Source: Patescibacteria group bacterium
GTDB taxonomy: Bacteria > Patescibacteriota > Patescibacteriia > UBA10025 > JAHIVO01
DNA: 64,000 bases
NCBI GenBank assembly: GCA_028718605.1
Contig: JAQULM010000001.1
Location: forward strand, 413,719 to 477,718
Direction: 5' to 3'
Shown here: piece by piece, positions 9,380-17,852 of the stretch
Layout of the letters: each line of letters opens with the position of its first letter
Numbering within the stretch: the stretch's first letter is position 1
Made by a program: the position numbers and the translations under genes
The notes under the pieces: generated by a model
Database searches by the model: none
What the model was told of the DNA's origin: nothing
The model's input: the letters and a program-made list of their open reading frames with translations, nothing else

Positions 9380-9814
9380 TTATTCCTGCTCAGGCGGCTC
9401 AATTTCTTCGTTATATGCACCGCCAGTATCCACGACGAGTGAAAGCTGGTTCAGCCGGGACAGGGTCAATTTCTTCTTCGGAACCGGCGGTTTAGGCTTC
9501 TCTTGTTTTTCCTCTTTGATGCGCTGTATGACTATTTCCTTGTTCCAAGTCTTCAGAATCGGGCGCCGCGCGGTCTGCAGCATATTGAGAAGAAAATAGT
9601 GGAACGGCCGGCCATTAATTTTCAGGAAAGCGAAAACGCCGGTCAGCGCAAAAATCATTATCCCCTCGATTGCTGCCATCCAGAATGTGGCGAGCTTGAA
9701 TACGATAAAAATCAAGCCGGCGCCGACTAAAAAGATAAGAAACTGCCGGACCGTCAACGGACCGATAATCTTTCCTTCAACGTCCAGGAATTGGGGCACA
9801 ACAAACTGCTGCAT
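9380..9814 (-). CDS. PrgI/VirB3-like small membrane protein
   Basis: 144 aa; N-terminus MQQFVVPQFLDVEGKIIGPLTVRQFLIFLVGAGLIFIV followed by a second TM, which matches the PrgI-family architecture. It is positioned just upstream of the VirB4-like ATPase, as VirB3-VirB4 usually are. Confidence 0.5.
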   Translation of the reverse strand: MQQFVVPQFLDVEGKIIGPLTVRQFLIFLVGAGLIFIVFKLATFWMAAIEGIMIFALTGVFAFLKINGRPFHYFLLNMLQTARRPILKTWNKEIVIQRIKEEKQEKPKPPVPKKKLTLSRLNQLSLVVDTGGAYNEEIEPPEQE

Positions 9815-9819
9815 ATGAA

Positions 9820-11205
9820 TTACACGCCGAGCGTGCTATTTAAATTATTGATCGCGAGGAATTCTTCCATAAGAAGCGTCGGATGATTTTCCTGTGCGCG
9901 TCTCGTGAGTATCTGCTCAATTGACCGATTCGTGTCAATGCTCTCTCGGCCGATATCAATATAAAGTTTGAATACGGGCGCGAGTTTCCATGCGCCAACC
10001 CCCTCGCTCCGGCGCTGATATGAATCTTCTTCGAGGAGATCAATTTTCTCCAACACTTTCTCCGCGGACTCCTGTGGATTTGTGCCGAGCCTTCTAAATT
10101 CCTTCAAATCAATTTCCCCAATTTCCTCAACAGGACCGACAATGTGCATCGGTTGGCGAATATCTACCATCTGGGGACGGTCAGGCTCGATCGATGACGG
10201 GATTGGTGTGCGCTTCGGCAGCTCTTCGGGTGAACGCGCGTAAAGCGATACGGCTTCTGCGCTCATGGGTTGGACCGGCTGTGGCGCCGGTACGGCAGGC
10301 GTTTCCTCAATGGGCACTGAACGCGCTGGGGCAACTGGCTCGACAGGCAACGGAGTTACGGATTGAAGAGCAGGTGGTTTGACTGGTGCAACCTGCTGTG
10401 CCGGCTCTGGCGGGATCTGTTCGACAGAAGGAACAAATGGTTTTGGAAGTTCTTTCTTCACTTCGCCGGGTTTCGGAACAAACGCCGGTGGCGTTGGTGC
10501 AAACATGCCTCCCTGCCCGACGAGGTCCACGCCCCATTTCTTGAGGTTCGCCCGTGGTGCTTCTGCCGTTCGAGGCTGCGCGGCGACGGCGACGCCCGCC
10601 TCATGGAACACAGCTGCCCTTTGTTCCGCAAGGTTGAGCACACGATCCGCCTCGGCTGATGATAACTCTATTCCGCCAATTTTTTTCGGCCGCATGAGCA
10701 CTTCCCGCGCCTCAATGGACGTCCTGATATCACGCAGGCGCGATTCGAGTACCTTTGAAAACCTCTTTATCAAGAGATCGTCTTCGAGCCGTACGCCGCT
10801 CTCACGAAGGATTTCCTCAATGGCTGTATTGAGGGCTACGGTGGCAGCCAGCTGCGGAGCTCCGCCCATTGCTTCGAGATCACGGGCATGCTGCTCGATT
10901 TCCTCAATATCCTCCGGCTCCAAGTTGAGCGGCGCCTTCCCTGCCGACATAACGGGCATTGGCCGCGGTGCTATTGCCGCGGATGGGGCGGGTTTCTGCG
11001 GCACAAACAGAGGGGGTGTAACAGGCGGCATGGGAGGTTTCGGAAGCGGTTCCGGAGCAGGCGGCTCACGGCGGGCGGGAACCGCGGTTTTCGGTACTGT
11101 TACGTCAACGATCTGCCCGTCCTCGACTTTTTTGAATTGGCCGCTTTTATCGCGTATCAAAAAACTCTGCGATAGATCAGAATTGTTTGGATCATTCACG
11201 TCCAT
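9820..11205 (-). CDS. Pro-rich hypothetical protein (first gene of the T4SS-like operon)
   Basis: 461-aa ORF with PxxP-rich segments and a conserved-looking C-terminal ~100 aa. There is no TM and no recognisable catalytic motif. Confidence 0.45.
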   Translation of the reverse strand: MDVNDPNNSDLSQSFLIRDKSGQFKKVEDGQIVDVTVPKTAVPARREPPAPEPLPKPPMPPVTPPLFVPQKPAPSAAIAPRPMPVMSAGKAPLNLEPEDIEEIEQHARDLEAMGGAPQLAATVALNTAIEEILRESGVRLEDDLLIKRFSKVLESRLRDIRTSIEAREVLMRPKKIGGIELSSAEADRVLNLAEQRAAVFHEAGVAVAAQPRTAEAPRANLKKWGVDLVGQGGMFAPTPPAFVPKPGEVKKELPKPFVPSVEQIPPEPAQQVAPVKPPALQSVTPLPVEPVAPARSVPIEETPAVPAPQPVQPMSAEAVSLYARSPEELPKRTPIPSSIEPDRPQMVDIRQPMHIVGPVEEIGEIDLKEFRRLGTNPQESAEKVLEKIDLLEEDSYQRRSEGVGAWKLAPVFKLYIDIGRESIDTNRSIEQILTRRAQENHPTLLMEEFLAINNLNSTLGV

Positions 11206-12151
11206 GCAAGAGAGTAGTTATTGGTCTCGTTTGAGTAATATATATCTTTTTCTTCTCGATAGCCCACTCGATATCCTGAGGGCATCGATAATGCGCCTCA
11301 ATCCGCTTGCACATGCGGGCGAGCTCGACTATCTGCGAACCAGTGAGGACTTGCGCGTCCTGGAGTTTCCGGGGTAGGCGGACAGTTTTGGTGCCGGCAC
11401 CCGGTTTCCGGATAATCATTTTCTCCTGTGTCGAAACGTTAACGTCAAGAATTACTTCATCTTCTTTGTCGATAATGTACGTATCAGGGGTAATCATGCC
11501 CGATACAATCGCTTCGCCGAGGCCGAATCCTGCTTCGATAACCATTTGTTTCCGGTCCTTCGTGACCGGGTGGGCAGTGAAGCAGACCCCGGATACCTGC
11601 GAATTCACCATTTTCTGCACAACAACTGCGACGCTGACTTTTGTTTTGTGAAGTTTCCTTTCGTACCGATAGAAAATCGCCCGGGGCGTGAATAGGGATG
11701 ACCAGCAGCTTTTAACTGCCCCAAATAGCTTCTGCTGAGTAATAAATAAATATGTTTCGAGCTCGCCTGCCCAGGATGCGATTGAAGAATCCTCTGCGGT
11801 TGCCGAGGACCTGACGGCAACGTATGGGGCGCGGAGTTTTCGGAACATTTGCAAGACTTCTTTCTTGAGGTCACCCGGGAAACGGGCGTCATGAATCAAA
11901 TCGCGTATCTCATGAGAAAAACGGTCAACCGACGTAAGGTCCCGATGATTCAGGCGGTCAAGCCCTGCGTCTATCTCAACACCAATATCGGTCTCCTCGA
12001 GAAAACGTTCAAATGCAGGCGCGAGAATCACAAACCCCGGCGGTACCGGGATCCCACTCTGTACCATTTCGCCAAGATTCGCTCCTTTTCCGCCAGCGAC
12101 ACTTACACTTTTTTTTGATAATTCCGAGAAAGAAGATACGTACGTAAACAT
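11192..12151 (-). CDS. Stand-alone PEP synthase / pyruvate phosphate dikinase N-terminal ATP-grasp (PPDK_N) domain protein
   Basis: Motifs VSVAGGKGANLGEM and VAVRSSATAEDS are the PPDK_N/PEP-synthase ATP-binding signatures. The 319 aa are roughly the ATP-grasp domain alone, with no swivel or substrate domain. Confidence 0.8.
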   Translation of the reverse strand: MFTYVSSFSELSKKSVSVAGGKGANLGEMVQSGIPVPPGFVILAPAFERFLEETDIGVEIDAGLDRLNHRDLTSVDRFSHEIRDLIHDARFPGDLKKEVLQMFRKLRAPYVAVRSSATAEDSSIASWAGELETYLFITQQKLFGAVKSCWSSLFTPRAIFYRYERKLHKTKVSVAVVVQKMVNSQVSGVCFTAHPVTKDRKQMVIEAGFGLGEAIVSGMITPDTYIIDKEDEVILDVNVSTQEKMIIRKPGAGTKTVRLPRKLQDAQVLTGSQIVELARMCKRIEAHYRCPQDIEWAIEKKKIYITQTRPITTLLHGRE

Positions 12152-12311
12152 GCGATTGGTTTCAGATACGGCTCCGCAATCGAGCTTAAAAAGTCGTGTT
12201 ATTAAATGACTTTTTCTTTAATGTAAGTGGCTTCATTATAGCATAATTTTTCAAGAAAATCAAACCATCTCCCGTACGTTTCTGTAATTTATCTGGCGGC
12301 GAATGTACTTG

Positions 12312-12340
12312 AAAAAACAGCAAAAAAATGGTATTTTATA
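12312..12340 (+). promoter_or_regulatory. Candidate sigma70-like promoter for the 12350 gene
   Basis: TTGAAA, 17-nt spacer, TATTTT, located ~10 nt upstream of the ATG at 12350. Confidence 0.3.
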
Positions 12341-12349
12341 ATCAACAAT

Positions 12350-13408
12350 ATGGCAACGCCAAACCAACAAGCCGACATACAACGTGCACGCGAATACAGC
12401 ACCGCACTTCGAGCTGATAAAGCCAAGCGAGAATCTAGAATTGCTGCACGGCTTGCCGCCACAACCAATAAAGTTGAGGGGATGAAACAGATTATCGAAC
12501 AGGAAACAGCGATGCGGGTAATGAATGAGAAAGCAAATGCGGATGATGTCATACGGGGCGCTGGCATGATGGAGCGCTTGGATGCTGACAATGCCGGGGA
12601 AGGCGGGCAGGCTGGGCAAGCGCAAAGTAAAAAAAATGAGGCAGCGCGCCGAGAAATTGCAGAAGAATTTGACCAACCCGGCGACACTGATGCTTTGGCG
12701 GAATCAGAAAACAGCGCACAAGGGCAGCATGGCGACCTCAGTAGCTTAAAAAATAAAATGCCCTCAATGCCTGTCGGCGATAGCATCCAGGTACCCCGTT
12801 CCCCGGGAGAACAAACTGGCGAGGGCGGTGGTGACGAAGAGCAAAGCCCGCCAGATGAAAATCAAGACGTGGTCCGCAAAGACCAGGAGTCGGCTACTGC
12901 CCGCCAGATGCATCTTAAGCAGACTAAGGCGCTCGCCGACAAACGGGAACAAGCGGTCGCCGACGAAGAAATCGCAGTAGCCGAGCAGGCAGAGGTTGAA
13001 GCCGCCGGTGAAGAAGCGCAAGCAACAGGGAAACCGCTAAAACCGATCCCGACGCTCCCTTTCGCCATGATGCTCGCACTCGCAATTATGAAAGATGGCG
13101 TAGATTTTTTTGATTGGGGATTTCTCGGCGTTGTGCTCAACCTCATACCGATTATGGGGATAACCATTATTGTGTTAATTACTGGCGGCTCACTGTCGAA
13201 CTTCATCAGCAAGAAAAAATGGCTCTTCGCGTCAGGCGCTGCAGTAGAATTTATCCCTATCATTGGCTTTATGCCGATCTGGACCATCACGATCATCTGG
13301 ATGTGGATTGAGGGGAAACGCCAGAAACCTGTTTCCGGACGGGTTGCTGCACGGTATACCCGCCGCATTGCGAACAGAGGTAAGTCAGCACTGCGGTTGC
13401 TTAAATGA
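12350..13408 (+). CDS. Hypothetical membrane protein (charged coiled N-terminus, C-terminal TM hairpins)
   Basis: 352-aa ORF; an E/A/Q-rich N-terminal 230 aa, then three or four TM segments; followed by an intrinsic terminator. Confidence 0.5.
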   Translation: MATPNQQADIQRAREYSTALRADKAKRESRIAARLAATTNKVEGMKQIIEQETAMRVMNEKANADDVIRGAGMMERLDADNAGEGGQAGQAQSKKNEAARREIAEEFDQPGDTDALAESENSAQGQHGDLSSLKNKMPSMPVGDSIQVPRSPGEQTGEGGGDEEQSPPDENQDVVRKDQESATARQMHLKQTKALADKREQAVADEEIAVAEQAEVEAAGEEAQATGKPLKPIPTLPFAMMLALAIMKDGVDFFDWGFLGVVLNLIPIMGITIIVLITGGSLSNFISKKKWLFASGAAVEFIPIIGFMPIWTITIIWMWIEGKRQKPVSGRVAARYTRRIANRGKSALRLLK

Positions 13409-13458
13409 TGCGGCAGTCTTCCGCATCCTGTCTATTTTAATAAAATGATATGTTCGAC

Positions 13459-13480
13459 AAACCGCACGGCGCGGTTTTTT
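13459..13480 (+). terminator. Rho-independent terminator
   Basis: AACCGC-acggc-GCGGTT stem-loop followed by TTTTTT, 50 nt after the stop of 12350..13408. Confidence 0.6.
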
Positions 13481-13620
13481 GTTCCTTGTGCAGTTGCAGC
13501 GACCTACATGCTTTCATTGACAAACACGATTCCCCATGGTACGGTGAGATGCTACTTACTTGGTTACGAACAAAAAAACGAAACATAGACGTCCACCCTT
13601 TGGCGGACAGGAGGATTGAA

Positions 13621-14274
13621 ATGAAATCCCTGATGCTTGTTCGGAACTCACTCCCGGACGCAAATGGGAGTATTCGGCATTGGGCTGGCATCAACCTGGC
13701 GTGGGTCGCGGGTACATTCTTCGGCCCGACGCAGAATGTATCGTATGCAGCGGCAAGCGGCGAACGTTCTGCGGTCGAAACCGCTGAACTGTACCTCGGC
13801 GCTGCGGGATTTAACCACGTTCCGATCGTACCGAACGACATGCTCGACTCCCCACGAAGGCTGGTCCTCCCCGAATTCGCTGAGCAGCTGGCAATGCAGG
13901 CGGCACACCGGGGAGTCACGTTCGATGAGATACTGTTTGAACCGGAAACAGGCTTGAATGCGGAGATTGCGCGTTACGCCCAGGCTGCGTACTCGTTTCT
14001 GGTGGGACACGTGAAGTCAGCGAGCGACAATGAGGCCGTGATTGCCTTTTCCCACGCAATCACGATTGAGGCGATCGTCATCACTGCCCTGCGTACCAGT
14101 TGCGGAGTACCACTCTCCCGCCCGTATGCGCTCGATGAAATCAAAGGCATGCTCGGGTACGCAGAAGCCTATACCGTCCTTTTTGCGGGGGACAATAAGC
14201 CGACGCGAATTATCCGGCCGAGCACCGCAGAACTGCTCGCATTGCTCCCCCAGCTCGTGAAGAAGCCCCACTAA
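13621..14274 (+). CDS. Hypothetical protein, possibly a degenerate histidine-phosphatase-fold protein
   Basis: I chose the start at the ATG preceded by GGACAGGAGGA (SD). The protein has LVRNSL where RHG is expected, and a late SHAITIEA segment resembling the second-His region. An in-frame upstream ATG (13546) cannot be excluded. Confidence 0.4.
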   Translation: MKSLMLVRNSLPDANGSIRHWAGINLAWVAGTFFGPTQNVSYAAASGERSAVETAELYLGAAGFNHVPIVPNDMLDSPRRLVLPEFAEQLAMQAAHRGVTFDEILFEPETGLNAEIARYAQAAYSFLVGHVKSASDNEAVIAFSHAITIEAIVITALRTSCGVPLSRPYALDEIKGMLGYAEAYTVLFAGDNKPTRIIRPSTAELLALLPQLVKKPH

Positions 14275-14302
14275 CACGGCTCTTCCCCTGCTCCAAAACG
14301 AG

Positions 14303-14345
14303 GCCCGGTCGCTCTCTCATACGACCGGGCTCTCATTATTTATTC
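14303..14345 (+). terminator. Rho-independent terminator
   Basis: Perfect 9-bp stem GCCCGGTCG...CGACCGGGC followed by a T-rich tract, right after the stop at 14274. Confidence 0.55.
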
Positions 14346-14359
14346 TGGCACAGCAACTC

Positions 14360-14388
14360 TTGACAAATCCACAACGCCATGCTATTAT
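14360..14388 (+). promoter_or_regulatory. Sigma70-like promoter
   Basis: TTGACA (14360-14365), 17-nt spacer, TATTAT (14383-14388). Confidence 0.55.
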
Positions 14389-14412
14389 GCTCTGTTAAAT
14401 AACAACCAAATA

Positions 14413-14553
14413 GCTGAGGAGAGAATACGAATGTACACTGTTTCGTAGTGAGTACGATATCCTCAATGCCAAGCAGTGTGTTTTTGTAAGTAATTGACAA
14501 TCTATCTACTGAAACCACACAACCGTCCGCCCCATGGTGGACAGGAGGAATTG
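14413..14553 (+). promoter_or_regulatory. Long 5' leader with a 5-codon uORF (MYTVS) overlapping a terminator-like hairpin, then a conserved SD-proximal hairpin
   Basis: SD GAGGAGAG, then ATG TAC ACT GTT TCG TAG (14431..14448). ACACTG (14435-40) pairs with CAGTGT (14474-79) and is followed by GTTTTTG. Downstream sits GTCCGCCCCATGGTGGACAGGAGGAATTGATG. Confidence 0.35.
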
Positions 14554-15228
14554 ATGCAATTTCTAGGAATCTGTGAAACCGCAAAACAAGTGGGGGAGTT
14601 CGTCCCGGAAACCGCGACGAACGTAAATGCCCTCACCCGGCACAGCAAATCAGTCCAGGAAGGACCGAACCGCTCCAGAACGCTCATTCCCTTGGGAATT
14701 GAGTTGTGCGCCGCCGTACGTCCTCAATACGGACACCTCGGGCTGCTCAAGGTCCTGACGACCCGATTCGGCAACCCGCTGATCAGACATAGCGAGATGA
14801 TCCGGGCCGCGCTGACCGGCTGGGAGATTCTGCATCCAACGCAATTCACGGCCGATAGCCGTATCACACTCGCCGTAAGCCTGAAGAAAATTAAGGGCGG
14901 TGCATGGTACGACGAGATGAAGAAGGCCGGCAGGTCGATCGGCGAAATGTTGACCACGGTCCACCATGAACTGACTATGCTGGACAGCCAGCCGTACGAT
15001 CAACGCATGTCCGAGATGTATGACTTCTTCACGGAAGTCGGCACCGACTGCAAATTCAGGTGGGGCTTTGGACACGAACCGGAACCTACGCTCTGCGTTC
15101 TGAAGCACAATCTCATCCCGGAGGAACACGTCGGTCTGCTCGAATGCCAGTCGTACATCGTATTCACCGATGATCAGCGGAACATCGTCGGGGTCATCAA
15201 GTTCTGCCCACCGGCTACCATCAAGTAG
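14554..15228 (+). CDS. Hypothetical protein, possibly a divergent histidine-phosphatase fold
   Basis: Start chosen at the ATG after the GGAGGA SD; contains LTRHSKS (RHG-like) and a late GFGHEPEP segment. No other recognisable motif. Confidence 0.45.
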   Translation: MQFLGICETAKQVGEFVPETATNVNALTRHSKSVQEGPNRSRTLIPLGIELCAAVRPQYGHLGLLKVLTTRFGNPLIRHSEMIRAALTGWEILHPTQFTADSRITLAVSLKKIKGGAWYDEMKKAGRSIGEMLTTVHHELTMLDSQPYDQRMSEMYDFFTEVGTDCKFRWGFGHEPEPTLCVLKHNLIPEEHVGLLECQSYIVFTDDQRNIVGVIKFCPPATIK

Positions 15229-15357
15229 CCAGTGCTGAAAAGGATCCTGACCGATTCTAATCAGCCAAAATGAGACCATCCAACGTCTTCGTACGGAGGG
15301 TGGTTTTTTTATCGCACAAACAGTATACTGAAATAACTACTTACTAACAATACTTCT

Positions 15358-16269
15358 ATGGGAGAAATGCACAATTTCGAAATATCATCCCAGTTTGAAC
15401 ATCGGGAAGGAGAAAAAGAACGGCCCAATCTGACCGTGTACCTCATGCGGCACGGCGAAACTGAAACCGACAAATCGAAACCGAACCGCGGTCTTACCGA
15501 GCATGGCCAGGAACAGGTAAGAGAAAACTTCAATGGCATCATCGACCAACTGATACAAGAAGAAGTGCCAGAATTTCGGGACTTCGACGATCCGGAAAAA
15601 CGTAAAGCTGCTGCCGTACAAGCGTTCTCGAAAGTTGAAATGCACCTCGCGGAATCCGGCACTGACCGCACCCAAGAGCAGGTTTGGCTTGAACGCGGAA
15701 TCCTCATTGACATGGGCGTGCCTCCCGAGGACCTGCATTTGCCGAAGTCAACCTACGAATGGGCAGTAAAGAACGGGAAGATCGAAGCGATGCCCGAAGA
15801 CGGCGGTCCAGGGGTCAAGCGCCGGCTTGCTGGCGTTGGCGGTATGGATAGTGCCAAAGAGTTCAGGAAAAAAATCAGCAACCCTGAATACCAGGCGCAG
15901 ATCGGCGCGACGGACGAAATTATCGCGTGGGCAAAAACGCCGGATGATGAAATCCCGGAAGGCGTTGAGACGAGGAACCAAATGGAAGCCCGCCTGCAAA
16001 GCGACCTCGGCAAAGTAGAGCACGTTGCCAGTAAACGCCTCAACGGCCGCCCGAAACGGACTGTGTATGTTGCGAATAGCCATGCCTCAATACTCACGCT
16101 TGCCGCTTCCTCAGAGTTAAACGCGCCGATTGAACAGGTCGGAGAAATTGAAAACGGGGAAGGCCTCCGCCTCGACTTCTACGGCGAGGGTAAAGCGCAC
16201 ACCGCACAGCCATTTGGAAAAAATACGGAAGCGAAATTTCAGCGACTCAGGGAACAGCCGTCGGCTTAA
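15358..16269 (+). CDS. Histidine phosphatase superfamily protein (phosphoglycerate mutase/SixA-like)
   Basis: N-terminal motif VYLMRHGETE (RHGE with the catalytic His), LTEHGQEQ, and a C-terminal second-His segment VYVANSHASIL. Confidence 0.7.
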   Translation: MGEMHNFEISSQFEHREGEKERPNLTVYLMRHGETETDKSKPNRGLTEHGQEQVRENFNGIIDQLIQEEVPEFRDFDDPEKRKAAAVQAFSKVEMHLAESGTDRTQEQVWLERGILIDMGVPPEDLHLPKSTYEWAVKNGKIEAMPEDGGPGVKRRLAGVGGMDSAKEFRKKISNPEYQAQIGATDEIIAWAKTPDDEIPEGVETRNQMEARLQSDLGKVEHVASKRLNGRPKRTVYVANSHASILTLAASSELNAPIEQVGEIENGEGLRLDFYGEGKAHTAQPFGKNTEAKFQRLREQPSA

Positions 16270-16286
16270 TAAACTGCCATAACAAA

Positions 16287-16312
16287 ACCGCCTTACACCA
16301 AGGCGGTTTTTT
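16287..16312 (+). terminator. Rho-independent terminator
   Basis: AAACCGCCTT-acacc-AAGGCGGTTTTTTATT, immediately after the stop at 16269. Confidence 0.65.
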
Positions 16313-16331
16313 ATTATACAAAAAGAAGACC

Positions 16332-17852
16332 CTATTTTCTTATTCGCACCACTCCCTCGTTCCCATCAACCTCAACAATCTGCCCGTCTTTCAGAATTTT
16401 TGTTGCCATGCGCAAGCCGATAATGCCCGGGATGCCGGCTTCACGTGCTAATGTTGCCGGGTGCGAGGTAATGCCCGGCCCGCCGTCGCAAATCAAACCT
16501 GAAGCGATTGACAGGACGTGGGTAAACACCGGCGTTGCCTGGATTGTCGCGATGATGTCTCCCTTCTTTACCTTATGGAACGCGTCCGGATTAATCACAA
16601 TCTTGACCGGCCCGCGCGCGGTGCCGGGAGAAACAGGCGTACCGTACAGTGCCTTTACTTTTCTATCAATTTTAACAAAAAAATCAAAATACTGCTGTGC
16701 CTGTTTTCCCATTAACACGGCTGTCTTCCTGCGGAAGTTATGGAACACGACCAAGCGGATGCGCTCGTTTACGATTGAACTCATGTCGATGCCGTGCACG
16801 AGCATCGGCCGCACTTCCTGCGTAAGCAAATGCCTCGCCTGGCGAATCGATAGCACACCCCGTTTGGCAATCTCGATGAGGATCGGGTCGTATAAATGGA
16901 GCGTCTGGGACACGATCCACTTCCGCAGCTCCTTGTAGTAAATTGCCTCGCGCATTGTTTTGAACAGCCGCTGGTGCTTCGTGTCAATCTTCAGCGTTCG
17001 GTAAATCGCACGGACATCCCGCTCTAGTTGCTGTTCGTCGCGGATCATTTTTTTGAGCGCTGCATGTGGGTCACTGGCGAGAAGTTTTTTAAACCGTACA
17101 ATGAAATCTTCCTGGGATAAAATCGGGTCATCGTAGTCGCGCGTAATCCAGAAAAACCTGCGTACGTGCTTCATAAAAAGCGCTCGCAGGGCTGTGTCTG
17201 CCCGAATTGACTTAAGGACATTTCCGGCGTGGCGCTGCTTGAAAATTGCCCTCCAGCGGGAATTCTGTGCAATGCGCTGGCACACGGCGAGTGCTGCTTT
17301 ACGCTCCTGCCAGTTAATCATCGCGCGCTGTTCGGTGATCAGCCGGTCAATCGCCTTGCCGGCGCGGATCGGGTCTGGCTCACGGGATGCAATATACTCC
17401 CGTAAGTATTGAAAAAAGTAGTTTTCCATCGCCAACACGGGGAAATAGTGGGAATACACCTGCCGGTACCGCTTATCGTACTCCTCGTGCAGCGCCGCCA
17501 GCTTCGCATTGTGCATCGTCTTCAACGCTGCCGGCTTATTGTTTGCGCGCAGGAAGCGGTAGAACGAACGGCCAAAGGCCTTTTGCTTTTTCGCGAGTTT
17601 CATGAACAGCGCCGGGTCGGCGAGAACGCGCTTCATTACTCCCATACCCACGCGTTCATGGTCGTCCTTGTCAAAAAAAGCGTAAAAAACGTTCTCGGTA
17701 AAGAACACGATGCTCTGCTGATACGCATACCCGATCACCTGTTTCATTTCATTGCACACTGTCTCCATGGAGATATAGTTCGGAAACGGACTGACCCGCT
17801 GGCGCTGGGACAGCTGGAACCAGTGCAGTTTTTTATTTAACCGTATGTTCAT
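16332..17852 (-). CDS. PEP-utilizing-enzyme swivel (phospho-His) domain protein with a divergent helical N-terminal domain (RPH/PEP-synthase-like, lacking ATP-grasp)
   Basis: C-terminal GTPVSPGTARGPVKIV...GDIIATIQATPVFTHVLSIASGLICDGGPGITSHPATLAREAGIPGIIG is the PEP-utilizers mobile-domain signature with the catalytic His; the N-terminal ~400 aa is all-helical with no ATP-grasp motifs. Confidence 0.8.
   Translation of the reverse strand: MNIRLNKKLHWFQLSQRQRVSPFPNYISMETVCNEMKQVIGYAYQQSIVFFTENVFYAFFDKDDHERVGMGVMKRVLADPALFMKLAKKQKAFGRSFYRFLRANNKPAALKTMHNAKLAALHEEYDKRYRQVYSHYFPVLAMENYFFQYLREYIASREPDPIRAGKAIDRLITEQRAMINWQERKAALAVCQRIAQNSRWRAIFKQRHAGNVLKSIRADTALRALFMKHVRRFFWITRDYDDPILSQEDFIVRFKKLLASDPHAALKKMIRDEQQLERDVRAIYRTLKIDTKHQRLFKTMREAIYYKELRKWIVSQTLHLYDPILIEIAKRGVLSIRQARHLLTQEVRPMLVHGIDMSSIVNERIRLVVFHNFRRKTAVLMGKQAQQYFDFFVKIDRKVKALYGTPVSPGTARGPVKIVINPDAFHKVKKGDIIATIQATPVFTHVLSIASGLICDGGPGITSHPATLAREAGIPGIIGLRMATKILKDGQIVEVDGNEGVVRIRK

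Noticed and set aside
10379-11377. 332-aa plus-strand ORF antisense to the Pro-rich gene and the ATP-grasp gene
   Set aside because: The reverse complement of Pro/Ala-rich coding sequence gives long Gly/Ala/Arg-rich open frames. It spans two well-supported minus-strand genes.
12260-12786. Minus-strand ORFs (138 and 165 aa) overlapping the start of the plus-strand 12350 gene
   Set aside because: The plus-strand gene has a promoter, a coherent charged-N/TM-C architecture and a terminator. The minus-strand ORFs are antisense and low-complexity.
13450-13620. Longer N-terminal extensions given by the ORF track (starts at 13450 and 14494; also 52192 for ksgA, 53475 for MFS, 9420 for the 248-aa gene, 20034 for paralog 2)
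   Set aside because: The extensions overlap upstream genes or terminators, lack an SD, and contain the conserved nucleotide-level leader motif. I chose internal Met starts preceded by GGAGG-type SDs or abutting upstream stops. The alternative starts remain possible.
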